DNA of 64,000 nucleotides from Lama glama (lineage: Eukaryota), in assembly GCA_028534125.1 (NCBI GenBank), contig CM052817.1:54314001-54378000 (forward strand), given 5' to 3'. Positions 38,990 through 51,700 of this stretch are shown here, piece after piece. The notes under the pieces are model-generated. The model worked only from the letters and a program-made list of their open reading frames with translations. It was not told the origin of the DNA and ran no database searches. Numbering within the stretch: position 1 is the stretch's first letter; every line of letters starts with the position of its first letter. Both the position numbers and the translations under genes were made by a program.

Positions 38990-40345
38990 ACATGTATAGT
39001 GACATGTACCCAACAGTGCAGTACCCTATAGAACAGTTTCACTGCCCTAAAAATCCTCTGTGCTCTATTTGTTCATCCTTCTCTCATTCTCCTGACCCTG
39101 GCAACTACTGATCTTTTTACTGTTTCTAAAGTGTTGCCTTTTCAAAAATGTCATATTACTGGAATCATACAGTGTGGAATCAGACTGGCTTCTTTACCAG
39201 GCAAAATGCATTTATGATTCCTCCATGTCTTTTGTGCCCTGATAGCTCATTTCTTTGTATCTGTGAATGATATTCTGTTGTCTGGATGTACCACAGTTTG
39301 TCTATACACACATCTGTTGAAGGACATCTTCCACGTTTTGGCAATAATGAATGAAGCTTCTGTGAATAAGAGTTTATAAAAAGCTTCATTCATTAAGGTA
39401 AATACCAAGGAGCATGATTGTTGAATCATACAGTAACGGTATTATTAAAAAAAAACTCAAACTGTCTTCCAAAGTAGTTGTATCATTTTATATTCTCATC
39501 AGCAATGAATGAGAGTTCCTGTTGCTCCACAGCCTTGTCAACAATTGGTGTTGTGAAGTGTTTTGGATTTTAGTCATTCTAATAAACGTATAGTAGTATC
39601 TCATCGTTTCAGTTTACAACTCCACAATGACAAATAATTCTCTGCATATTTTCATACGCTTATTTGCCAACTGTATGTCATCTTTGGTGAGTTATCTGTT
39701 CAGATCTCTTGCCCACATTTTAGCTGGTTTATTCATTTTCATATTGTATTTTAAGAGTTATTTGTATTTACTGGATATCAGTCTTTTATCAGATGTTTTG
39801 TAGATTTTTCTCCCAGATATAACTTCCCTTATCATTTCTCTTAACAGTGTCTTTCACAGAGCAGGTATTTCTATATTTTAATGAAGTCCTACTTATCGAT
39901 GTTTTTCTTTCAAAGACTGTGCTTCAGTTGTAGTATAAAAATTTATTCACCAAACACATGGTCACCTAGACTTTATCCTATATTATCTTCTAGGAGTTTT
40001 AAAGATTTTTGTTTTACATTTACATCTTTGGTACATTTTGAGCTAATTTTGTGAGATGCTTAAGGGCTGTTCCTATTTTTTGCATGTGGATATACAGTTG
40101 TCACAGTACCATTTGTTAAAAAAACTATCCGTTCTCCATTAAATTGCCCTTGCTCCTTTGTGGATGATGAGTTAATTATATTTGTGTGGGTCTATTTGTG
40201 GATTATTTTTTCTGTTCCACTCATCTTTTGACAAAAACAGTTTGTCTAGTCTTCCACCAACACCATAGTAACTTAATTCCTGTAGCTTTATAGCAAATAT
40301 TGAAGTCGGGTAGTGTCAGTCTTCAGTTCTGGTCTTCTCTTAATG
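38990..40345 (-). mobile_element. L1MC-type fragment (ORF2 C-terminus and 3' UTR)
   Basis: agtttcactgccctaaaaatcctctgtgctct...ctggaatcatacag...tggatgtaccacagtttg...cagcaatgaatgagagttcctgttgctccaca...tgcatgtggatatacagttg; ORF-track peptides at 39180-39429 are L1-like remnants. Confidence 0.92.
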
Positions 40346-40426
40346 TTCTATGAACATCAAGATACATAATGTATCTAGGTATGAGTAACAGAATTTGAAA
40401 GTGTCTCTGATGGCAAAAGTATAGGT

Positions 40427-40832
40427 TGTGTTATATGAGTTTATAAGAGCCCTACCTAGGCGCAGAGACAACAGAGACTATTCACTCACGGCTACATCTT
40501 CCCAGATATACGAAAAGAGTGCTTTTCCCAGTTCTCCTTGCAGTGGGGTTGCAGGCCAGATAAGTTCTGGTGTAGGAAATGTGGGCAGACCTGGCCCTCA
40601 AATACAGCTCCTGGTCTAGCTCTTTTTGTATGACCACAGCAATGTTAGAAGCCATATATTCCATAAAGAATAAGAACAAAATATAAGCAACCTGTGTCTA
40701 CAAATTATGACTTAGAGAAGGGCCCAAGAAAAACCACCTGATGTGAAATGGATACAAGCAAGAAACAAATCTATATAGTGTTACAATCTTTATCTGTCAC
40801 CGCTACATATCCTATACTATCCTGAATTATAC
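40427..40832 (+). mobile_element. Old MaLR solo LTR (MLT1I/J/K-like)
   Basis: TG...CA ends; tttcccagttctccttgcagtgggg...agttctgg...agacctggccc...agcaagaaacaaatct...tatcctgaattataca. Confidence 0.65.
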
Positions 40833-43554
40833 ACTAAAAAGAGTAGGATGCTTTTTTAGTTTTGTTTTTTGGTCAGCATCATTTAGTCAATACAAGAAAC
40901 TCAGAACACATAAGACTTATTTCACCTAAAGTTGAAGTTTGGCACAAAGTAGAATGTCCTTGCCTAAGATCTAGATATCCTTTTTCATTCCCCCTCTATC
41001 GAAATAATACAAAACACCTAAGATACTAACCACTCATGGGAACTCACAACCTTAGACAGGAATATACCCATTTCATTCTTTCTAACTGCAGTATAGCATG
41101 CCTAATTTATTTAGAGGCATTGAATTCAGAGGGTCTATAAGCACTTAGCCTGAGGTGATTCAATTATCTTCCCCTGAAGTGGGACAAATGAAAAACAGCA
41201 GATGAAAGAAAAGGGAAGAAAGGAACTCTAAAAAAAATAAAAAATAAAAAAATAAGCTGATCTTCGGCATAGAAAAAGGGTTTCTTAGAAAGCAGTCATT
41301 GTAATGAGGCTGCTCATCATTTTCACATGCTGTCTTTATCCCAAAAGAGCTCAGAGGACTTTGGATTTGATCTTGCAATTTCAATACACATGTGACTGCT
41401 TGAGAAAACTAATAATTCTCTCAAAATATTCTCTTTGAAGGCACCAAAAGCAGGATATAATTATGTGTCCCGATGGACTGATCACTTGACTACACCCTGG
41501 AATAACCTGTGCCCTTGGCAAAGAATGGAAACTCGGTATTATTTTCACAGAGAGAAAACAGATTTAAGCAGTCATTGTGTAAAGTCCGGGGAGACAGTAA
41601 AACTATCTGTACATATATCAGTAGTCAGTACCATGAGTAAAGTTTACCAAGAGCCTAAGAATTCTATTCTTCTATAAATCTGGTCATTTAATAAATAATC
41701 TTTGAAGGGTCACTCAGAATAAGAGTTGGTCCATTTTGTGTGTTTTTTAAATCAAATTTTCGCTAAGGAACAGCAAATCTCTACTTCTGTAAGAGCTCCC
41801 ATATTCTGCACATCTTAGTAACTGGGCAGCAAGACAGATTACCTGGAATGTTTTATAGACCCTAACCTTCCCTTGACTTTTTCATATTCAATAAGCAGAA
41901 GACCCTTTCACAATATATTGCATTTATATCTGATTAAAGGTTAACCAGTGCATATACATTCAGCATACAATTTGTGCTATGTACCAAGTGCCAAAAATAA
42001 TAACTTAGATCCCAAAATGAATGAGCTCTTTATATATGTAAAACTGCTTGCAAAGGAGAAAAACAGATAAATTAACATAATTCCTTCTTTCCTCAATATC
42101 CTTGGCAGCAGAGAACAGAACCCCCCACTGGTGAAAAGCTGTTCCATCTGCCATCCAATTGCAAGAACAGCTCGCTTTCTTGGAAAGATGATTTATGGGA
42201 CAACCAAACCATAGCTTTCATTTTGGGGGGCGATGGAAGATTGTAGTAGTGAGGTTTTTGTGAAAAATGTCCATATACTGCCTAAGTACACTGGTGACAA
42301 CTTCTAAAACCCAATACTCTGAACCAATGAGTTATCAGCCAACTACCTTTCTTTTCCTTCTAACGTCATTAAAACATGAGATTTTATTCTTATCTGAAGA
42401 CACTGCTATGCTAAACATGATTTATTAGAGTTCTGTAATAAGGAAGAGTTTTTTTAGTAGGATAAATGATCATTGCTACATAGCAATATGGAAGCATTAT
42501 GGTGGAGGCGATTGTCTTGCTAATTTTCACACGTAGACAAGGAGTAGATAAGGTGCGAGTAACATACTCCAGCCTTTACTTTCAGTGTTTTAATTTGTAG
42601 AGGATTGGTAGAGGAGAAAAGAAAAAAAAAAAAAAGGTGTTTAAATGACCTGACCCAAATCCCCACTGTACAACAGTAGCAGAGCCAAATTAGGGTACCA
42701 GATGTCCTGACCTCAGATATTGAACTACATAGTGGACCAAGCCATCTCTTAATTTACTGAATTCAAATAGATTTCCAGAAAAGTAATTGACAGATGTGAC
42801 TTTCATATTTCCTTCCCTCTGTAAAATCAATTAGAAATGAGCAACATTTAAAGCTTTACATTTTCACAAATCAAAATACTTTGACCTTAATTTACTTTGA
42901 GGCCATATAATTTGAAGGAGTATTCTTTTTGTCTACAAGTGCAGCAAAAATATAATTAAAGAACTTGCTAAATACATAATTTATTTGGAAGAAAAATAAA
43001 GCAGAAAGGCAAAATAGTATTGTTTTCTACTGTATTATCTTTTTAAATAAAATAGTGAACTGTAATACCCTGTTGCCAACCCAATAACGATTGTGGAAAT
43101 TCCTCCCTGCTTGGCTTCATGACCTTCAGAACTGCAATCTAATTGATGAGAGGAAGGTTTCAGAAACCCTTCTAAGACAAGGTAACTCTTCAGAACTATT
43201 ATTTCCATTCAGTTTTACATGTGCATTTTCATTTTTCTACTTTATGGACTCCATTAATCTCTCATTTTCAACGGCCCCCATTTTTAATTAAAGTACTAGT
43301 TTAGCAGACCTTATTTGTATTACTGGCTGATACCTTCACTGAGGGTTTCTATTTTCTTGGGAATTTCAAATGCAGTTATGTTGCCAGGATGAATTAACAC
43401 ACTAGCAGCTGACTGAGGTGAATGAACAGGTTAAGCACAGTAAGGGTCCCCTAAGGAAGTCTTAAAAACATTAAAGTATGAATACACAAACATTTTCCTG
43501 TCATTTACAGTGAAACTTCAAGGTGCATGAGAACAACGAGCAACAGTTAAGATA

Positions 43555-43900
43555 GGACCCTTCCTCCCGCCCCCTCTGCACTGCCACTCTTCCGGGGAAG
43601 TGCTGGTGTGTCCCGTCATCCTTCCACTCTCAGGAGCAGTGTCAGAGTGGAAGACTCTGCTCTCCCTCCATCCCTTATCTGTTCTCCTCAAAGGAGAGGA
43701 AGACTTGGGTGAATCATATACTCAATCTGAGCATAGTAACAAATGTTAACGATCACACTCCTATGTAGGTCCGGGCCTGGGCTCCTTCCCTTTTCACAGA
43801 CCACAAGGCCCACAAGCACCTTTTCCTTCCCACTAGGAAGAGTCACTAGGACAAGCCTTGAGCTTGCTTTCAGAGAGATCTTGATTCTCCAGCTTATCCT
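43555..43900. promoter_or_regulatory. Candidate enhancer with GC-box, ETS, GATA and RUNX motifs
   Basis: cccgcccc 43566, cttccggggaagtg 43589-43602, cttatct 43674, accaca 43800, in a GC-richer unique patch. Confidence 0.3.
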
Positions 43901-44409
43901 TCTACAAATGGGTGGGTAAGACCATTTCAGGGGAATAGTTTGAAACACTATTTTTTCACTCAAGGTGCATTCTCTTAAATTAGCTTCGATGATTCCAAAA
44001 AGTTTGATCTTAATTTCCCAATTGGTTTCTAAATGAGACAGAGCAAAGGGTGTGATTAGTGTGTACTATTCAACCCCAACCGATGGGATAAAAAATTAAA
44101 TTGCTAATTATCCAATTTCTTGACTACAGAACTCACCCTTCAGTAAAATATGGTATATATCTTAATTGCACTTTAAATCTTTTAGTATTATATTACATTT
44201 ATATACAAACTATATCATTTTTCATCCATATTGTTTCCATACTTTTGGTAACATCTGTATTGTTTGCATACTTTCATATTTCATATCCATTCATTGATGC
44301 CCATAAACATATCTGTCACAGAATGAATAACTCATCAGTTTTCTTTCAATATAAAAGTCACTAATATTAAAACATTAAAATACAGCAAATAACAAAATAG
44401 TTTTATAAA

Positions 44410-44625
44410 AAGCACAATCTTTAAAGATTCCTGTTTAAATTCTGGCTCGACGACTCATTTGAAATGTGAATTTGGGCAAGGTATTTAATATCCTTAATCC
44501 CTGTTTTCCTACTCTGTGAAATAAGAATAAAAATCCTACCTAGTAAATTTGAATGTGTGGTTGAAAACAGTATCTCAGAATAGTGTCAGGTAATTAATCA
44601 ATGACCAATGTATTTTAGATATTGT
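44410..44625 (+). mobile_element. MIR SINE
   Basis: tgtttaaattctggctc...tgtgaatttgggcaaggtatttaa..cctgttttcctactctgtgaaataagaataa. Confidence 0.75.
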
Positions 44626-45046
44626 CATCTTCATGTGGTAATCTTAGCATATATAACCATTTTTCATTATTATATTAATATTCAAAAATACATTTCCTGG
44701 CTTATGGTAGAAAATCTTTAAAACTATGATTCTGTTTTCTTCTTTCTCACTTTGGCTACTAATTGTTTGACACCCAGCAAGTCATCTTTTCATTGAGTCT
44801 CAGTCCCTGCATCTAAAAACTGATGCCTTAAAACCTGCAGAATTTTGCACACAGGGATTCAATCATGAATATTAAGTGGTCAGCACAGAGTAAGCATTTA
44901 ACAGATATTATTTCCCATCCTTCCTTCCCTTGACCAAAGGAATGAGTTGTTTTCCTTACAGCAGATTGCCAATGGTAGTTGTAGCCTTTAAACTTCATCT
45001 GATCTGAAGACAGAATTTCTTTGCCCTTTAAAATAAAGTCCTTGAC

Positions 45047-45150
45047 GGGAGAGAAGCAGCTCAGTGGTAGAGTGCGCGCTTAGCAGCAACAAGTTCCTGC
45101 GTTTAATCCCGAATACCTCTATTAAAAATAATAATAAGACAAAATAAAGT
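45047..45150 (+). mobile_element. Older tRNA-Ala-derived vic-1-type SINE
   Basis: agctcagtggtagagtgcgcgcttagca...gtttaatcccgaatacctctattaaaaataataataa; degenerate B box, no clean TSD. Confidence 0.85.
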
Positions 45151-45179
45151 AAAGCTCCAGAAAATAGATGCACACATGG

Positions 45180-45356
45180 AGGATGAGGAATTGACTGGAA
45201 AGAGGCACCAGGAAACTGTCTAGGTGATAAGAAGGTTCTAAATCTTGTTTTAGACGATGGTCACACACATTGTATATAACTGTCAAAAATAACTGAAGAG
45301 AACACTTAAGAGGTCTGCATATTTTATGTTAATTATGCCTCAGTTTTTTGTAAAAC
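45180..45356 (+). mobile_element. Old L1 (L1MC/MD/ME) 3' end
   Basis: attgactggaaagaggcaccaggaaact..ggtgata..gttctaaatcttg...gtcaaaa...cacttaaga..tgcatattttatgttaattatgcctca. Confidence 0.8.
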
Positions 45357-46437
45357 TCAGGCTAATCCAGGAGTTAGAAAACCAAAAGACTTTATAAAAC
45401 AATACATGTCTTCTTCCATGAACCATTTATTGTTAAATGTTTATCAAAAATTTTGAACTAGTAGGCAACTTTGAAAATCTAGGAAAATGCACATGGAAAT
45501 CTAGATGCCCTATTTCTCCTAAAAATCAGAAGATCTGATGAAGGCACATCTCCTCAAGGCAACAATCATTAAAGGTGAATAAAAGCTAACCTTTTGGAAA
45601 GTTTGTCCCAGACCTTATCAACTCTAGCATTTCCTACGCCAACCACACATACTTATGTAAACAGAAGCCTCGCTGACGTTATAATCATTCTATGACACCA
45701 TATATAATGTAGGTATTTTGTTACTTTAAACTTGCTCTCCTCTGAAGGGGTACAAGATGCTACATAAGTTCTGTAACTATATAGTAATGTAGAAATTCTG
45801 TTACACGTATCCTACCACTGAAAACCCAAATGTAGATTAAAACTCATTTTTCCAAGGAAGATATACACAATTTAAGTGTTGTAACTAAAGTATATCCTGT
45901 TTATTATAGACTTAAAGTAAGATAGCTGAAAAAGGCATTTGCAACATCTGCTGTTTCAAAGAATTAAGTGCTCCAAATCATTCCTGCAAATGGTTTACAC
46001 AAGACACAAGACTTATGATTGGTAACAAACACTGGGTGTTTGATTTTGAATAACAGAATCTGTCTTCAGAATTTAATAATTTAATCTTGTCTTAATAAAT
46101 CTGTAACTTAATAAATCTGACCCAGAACTCTGCTTTCTCTGCCTACAACTTGAGCAGAATCCAAAGACAAAGGATTCTATGGTTGGCACCAGTGTTGCAC
46201 TGTTGAAACTGATTCACTTTCAAGACTGTCAGGATCACTTCACGTGATTCCTAAGATGGGAAAAGCCGTCCTATCAAAGGTCCATGACGCTCCGAGATTT
46301 TGGCAAGCACTCACTATAGCAGTAATACTTGTTTATGAGATTTAAATCCATAAGAAGACACCCAAGAGAAGTTGTATCAAGGTCCTGTGGAGCTTGTTAA
46401 AACAGACATTACCAGAAACATGTTATTACAAAGAAGC

Positions 46438-46440
<3 letters not shown>

Positions 46441-46474
<34 letters not shown>
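46441..46474. repeat. (AC)17 microsatellite
   Basis: Perfect AC run seen directly. Confidence 0.97.
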
Positions 46475-46477
<3 letters not shown>

Positions 46478-46719
46478 TAACTCCACCTAAAACAAAAATC
46501 TGAAGAAACACAAGAAGAAAGCACTAACAAGCATACAAAAGCCAGAAGAGACGTTCATACACTACTAAGTGTGATCAAACACAAAGTAAAAAGCCTCAGC
46601 CACAAAGCTTCAAAATCAAATTTCTGAAAAAAGGCCTCCTCACTGTTTGTAGCAATTCAGGAGAATCTTCCAGTAGCACAACCCAAAGAGGGTGGGGCAT
46701 TTAACCACTTTATCCAGTA

Positions 46720-47070
46720 ACATAAACAAACAAGCGGGAAGCCCCCTGACCTGCAGTGCAAGGGGAGAGTTTCATCTACCAGAGTGCAGTGGGAATTCCC
46801 AGCAGAGCTGCACGACTATTGGATTAAAATCTAATGCATTGCACTACAAAACGAGAAACAAGGATTGAATCAATTACCTGAAGGCAAAAACCAATCCCAT
46901 GACGAGGTTTTTACCACTATGAATGCAGCAGAAGAGCCAGGCAGGAGGGCTACCGCACAGATTCTACAATTATCAGCAGCAGCTACACAAACAACATTGT
47001 GGCTCTATTTACCTGGAGAGCCTGTCACATCTGTGCACAGCAGCCACAGCTGCTACCTAAGCACAGAATG
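46720..47070 (-). promoter_or_regulatory. Candidate regulatory element with two NF-kB consensus sites and minus-strand donors
   Basis: gggaagcccc 46736-46745, gggaattccc 46791-46800, forkhead-like taaacaaaca 46723; donors CAG|gtaatt (46878) and CAG|gtaaat (47013). Confidence 0.4.
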
Positions 47071-47649
47071 AACATGTTCACACCCTTGAAAAAACAAGCT
47101 ATCTATTATCATCTGCTGATTCTGAACATGATGCCTGTTAATACAGCAGAGAGTCTGTGCTGTGGTTGAACTGTGATTTTTGCAAGGTTTAATATTATCT
47201 TTATTTCTCCAACACATCCATGTTTTATGGAACCATCCAAAACTAGTGTGTACTCTTTAAAATTTATTAAACTAAAATGAGGGCATCAAACTACACTAGA
47301 TATCCTGTGGAACTATTCATAAAATTCACCACAAATCCCTTACTTTAAAACCCTGAGAATGAAAGCTGCGCTAACCTTAAAAAATCCCACATTTCACACA
47401 TTTAAGGATGCAACCTGAAATGTAAAATATATACACATCTCAGTAATTGGTCTTTATTGTAAAAGTGTAAGACTCCAAACAATCAAAGAAAATGACAGAT
47501 TTAGTCATGTAACAGTACTTTTCTAGAAACAGTTTCTGTCACAAGTATTTTCAGGTGAAAATCACAAATAGGACCATTTAACATTAAATTTACCAGTGCT
47601 GGAAAAATAAAAAGACTGGATAAATTCAACTTTATCAGTATTAACTTAA

Positions 47650-47905
47650 TAACTGTCACTATTTGGATAACATTTCCCATGTTCAGGGCACCATTCTAAG
47701 CACTTCACATGCACTAAGTTATTAATCTTTAAAACAACCTATAAAGGAGACACTATTATTATTCCCAAAATACAGAGGAGGAAGTTTATTACAGGAAGAC
47801 AAAGTGATTTTTTTTCCCCCTAGGATTACAGAGCTAGTAAAAACTGAAGCTGGCCTTTCAAAGTAGGCATTCCATCTCCCAGGCTCTGAGAATCTAACTA
47901 CCACA
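47650..47905 (-). mobile_element. MIR SINE
   Basis: ggcaccattctaagcacttcacatgcact..ttaatcttt.aaacaacctat..actattattattccc..acagaggaggaa..cacagagctagtaa-like end. Confidence 0.8.
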
Positions 47906-48738
47906 CAACTAGTATCCACACTACTCTCCCAAGAAGCAAATACCGTATGTGTTAACTCCATACAGGAAAGTTATAAACTTGGATAGCTACATGAGTTGAT
48001 ATTCTAAAGTAAGCTAACTTACTTTTTAAACGCTTATTAGAATTTATACATGCTAGGGAATGTGAGTCCTTCTAACTCAGCCTAAAAATGTATGCAATAC
48101 TAATAGAGCACAATTTCAATTAATTTAAAAAAGAGTACTGGAACCCCTCTTTCAATTTAGCACCTCTGTTAGACTAAAGTTTTGGGGGTCCATATGAGGT
48201 TCATATTACATGTTAGAGTATACTGCTATCTGTGGAGAGTAGATTTCATTTTTTGAAAAGTTAAATTTATTTTGAGCCAAGCCAGGTGAATAAAGTGACA
48301 AAGAAATAGTTCATACTTTTTTCTGGCAAAACAGTGGGATGTACTTTCTTATCCATTACTGGTTATAAAGATAATTCCAATGAGAAGCTTCAAAATTGAT
48401 TTAGCAATATCCTGATCACTAGAATAAGAGTAAAGTCTTCCAAAATGACCATTTTCAAAAATTGCCTTATTTGCATTAATTGTCCTAATTCTGGAAGTTG
48501 GGTTTTTAAAATCACATTATCTTGTAGTTATATCTCATAATCGAACATGAATAATGAGTTGGAATTTTATTTTATGGATATTTTTAACCATTATTAAAAT
48601 GCATAATGATATATGCTAGCAGTTTTTGAAGCCCTGAATAATAAAAACTCAACAAAACATTAGAGGTAGAATTAAATCTTCTAAAAAAGACCTGTAACTA
48701 AAGGAATTTTTTTCAGTGCTAGGCGAAAGAAAGAGAAA

Positions 48739-48794
48739 GAAGGAAGGAAGGAAGGAAGGAAGGAAGGAAGGAAGGAAGGAAGGAAGGAAGGAAG
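48739..48794. repeat. (GAAG)14 tetranucleotide microsatellite within a polypurine tract
   Basis: Perfect GAAG/GGAA run inside a purine-only tract at about 48725-48811. Confidence 0.97.
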
Positions 48795-51700
48795 GAGAAA
48801 AGAGAGAAAAACAAAATAAAAGGTTGTTCAAGAAGAAGTAAACAATGCTTAGTTCTGCAAACTGTTCAACTTTTAATAAAACATCCCCTATACATATTTG
48901 TCAGATAAAAACACACAAGGACAGGATGTAATTAAACTGTTTGCTTCAGAGTCTTCACTAGCCTTCACTTTGCTGTCTTGAGCTCTGGATAAAGTGTCAC
49001 TCTCCAAGCAAACAAGTGGCCTCCTCTTGCTATTCCTTCATCTCTTCCCTTCATTATTCTCACCCTACTATTACCCATCATCACCCTTGTAATAAAATCC
49101 TCCTACTCTAGGAAACAAAGATTCATCCAGTCTTATCTCAAACATAATCTTCTGCCACTTTTTTCTCTCAATTTACATCTGCAATAATTCGAAGCACTTT
49201 TGAGTGTCATCTACTTTAAAGAAAACTCCTTTAGACCACAGATTATAATATAATCTTTATATTATAATCCAAGAGTCAAGTAGATAATTACTCCCCAGTG
49301 TTTAAGCTTAATAGCTATCTTCAAAGAAATTTCTAGGCATGTATTTCTTGCCTCTACCAATCTTCATTTGTTAAGTTTCCGAAGGTCAAATTCTGGACTT
49401 TCCTTCTTCAAAAAAAAAAAATAATAATAATAATAAAATCTCTAGCAGTAAGAACTAAATAAATTTATTACACAAGTATTTGCAGAACTATTCATGGCTT
49501 ACAATTTTTGACACTTTTCCCACTGTTGTTATTATTTTTGTTATTTCAGATTTGTCCTCATCAACAGACAAACTGAGATTTGTTCTTACTCCTAATATTC
49601 AAAGAAATCTCTCTTTTCTCTACCAAAGTTGCTTATCTGGCTATTTCACCACTAGGGGAGTAAGAGGAGACAAAGAATCAAAAAGAGTTATCTGCAGGCC
49701 CTTTTGGGAGAAAGAAATTTTTATACCAGTTAAGAAGGTTGTAAGTGAATTTAAAATATTGACACAAGATTGGCAGCTGTTCACATTCTGCCTGAAAGGT
49801 TTATGACTGGCATGGACTCCCAGCAGCTGCTCGTTTGAAACGTGAGAAAACATTTGGACAGTTAGGATAGCCTGATTTTCCCCTTAAAATCTGTTTGGCA
49901 AAACTTCCTGGCAGTTAATTTGATCCTGTGAAAAAGCTTTAAAAAAAAAAAAAAGTCTTCACATCTCTTCACAAAACTTGTTTTGCCAGTACAGACAGTA
50001 TTTTTTAAAGTAGTATTTTCACGTCACAACCTTTTTATCTCTGGCTAATACTGTTCTTCATTTAGTCAATCCAAATGTCAAGTGAATGACAAAGTATGTT
50101 TTTATAGGAAAATAATTAGATGGTCCATAGTGAAATATCTTTAAGAGATGATCAGTATCCTCCATGAAAGTTCATTTTCTTACACCAAGTTGAGATTAGA
50201 ACAGAGACCAGGATCTATGGCTTTACCAATGAGTACAAAATCTTTATTAAGAAACTACCTTAACAATGCTGAGATCTGAGAACTTGTTCTTAAGCATTAG
50301 GGCAAATGTGCAGGATCAGTCCAAACATCTTAACTGAATTCTGTAACAGTCACAGAATGAAACCCAGCATGAGCCATCTCATTCATCCGTGCACTCTGCA
50401 TTAAATAACCAGTGCTCAGGGATGTGTAATTTGTGTACTCAACTTTTATAATCATTTTCTAAACATTTCCTCTCCTTAATGGGTGTCCCTCTCTCACTTT
50501 AACTGCTTTCCTCTCACTAACTGTCATATGTCATGGCCTCTGTAGTGCTACCCCTTATCTAAGGCAGAGCAATCTAAAGAATATTGACTTATGATGGCCA
50601 TGTAATTTACACACTCTGCAATTTTCCTGTATGATTTATTCAAAAAAATAGATTGTACATTAAGCTTGGCATTCATTAGGCTGGCCAATTCCAGTTTCAT
50701 ATTAATCCTGCATCAGATTGTTTGGAAGATTTATGCATTTAGAGCATGTATATTTGTTTGGCAGGTTTTAAAGCATTTGCAAAATGATAGTAACCCTTTA
50801 GAAACATATGCATTGAAACACTAAATGAAGACCACAACATGGGTAACTTGAGATTAAACAGAGGTAAAATACTGGCATTATACATGAGAATGAGCTACTC
50901 AGTCAGTGAACATGACTTTTAAGAAGTTGTTAAATTTCAATTAAATTAATTTTCTTTCATTAAAATAAAGTAAGAGAACTATCCAGTATTAATAAGTAGA
51001 AGCTGAATGTATTCTTAAACCTATAAAAAATCCACTCTTCCACAAGATGCTATGCTTGTCGAAAAAAAGAAAACTGGATCTCAATATTTGATGATAAGAC
51101 AATAAGCGAAAACCTGAAAGGTAATAATAATAATATTAATAATAAAGGACACCATATACATTTTCTACTATAAACACTAAAATTTTCTTGGTAACCATTT
51201 AAGAAATCACATCTATTACGCTGGATTTGCCAATGAACAGTGAAATTGTTCATTATTAAGCTTTTGCCAATAATTGAGAAAATATACAACATAAATCTTT
51301 GAGGAAAGTTATCCAGATTCTTAACAATAGCCCTCACGAACATCAAAGAAAAAGGAGTCTTCAGGTCATCTCTGACACAGGCAGCTTTTTTTCATATAAC
51401 CAAAATTGAATTTAAATAAACCCAACGCCCCTCATTTGCTCAAGTTGATACTGACTCCAAAAGTAAAACAAATCTTTCCAAAGATGTAAAGTTTTCAGCA
51501 AAAGGTGGCAATAATGTGCATAGATTGATGCCTCTAATTCCATACCTGACTTTACAGCAAATTGCCAGCAAACTGATCATCTGAGTCAGCACTTACATCT
51601 CATTTCCTTTATTTCTAGAATAAGAAGGAAATTAAGTGAGGATGCTGACAAAAACATGGGTTTTCATTTAAGACACCAGCAGAGAAGAACACGATCAAGG

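Noticed and set aside
39180..39429. ORFs resembling a protein C-terminus (CPSTDVCIDKLWYIQTTEY)
   Set aside because: Frameshifted remnant of L1 ORF2 within the L1MC fragment.
45047..45120. tRNA-Ala(AGC) gene
   Set aside because: Degenerate B box and stems plus an A-rich tail indicate an old SINE copy.
45460..45650. Possible ancient hAT-type (MamRep/MamTip-like) fragment
   Set aside because: Resemblance (aaaaatcagaagatctg, ggcaacaatc) is too partial to name without a Dfam search.
48649..48831. ORF with PSFL repeats
   Set aside because: Translation of the (TTCC)n microsatellite.
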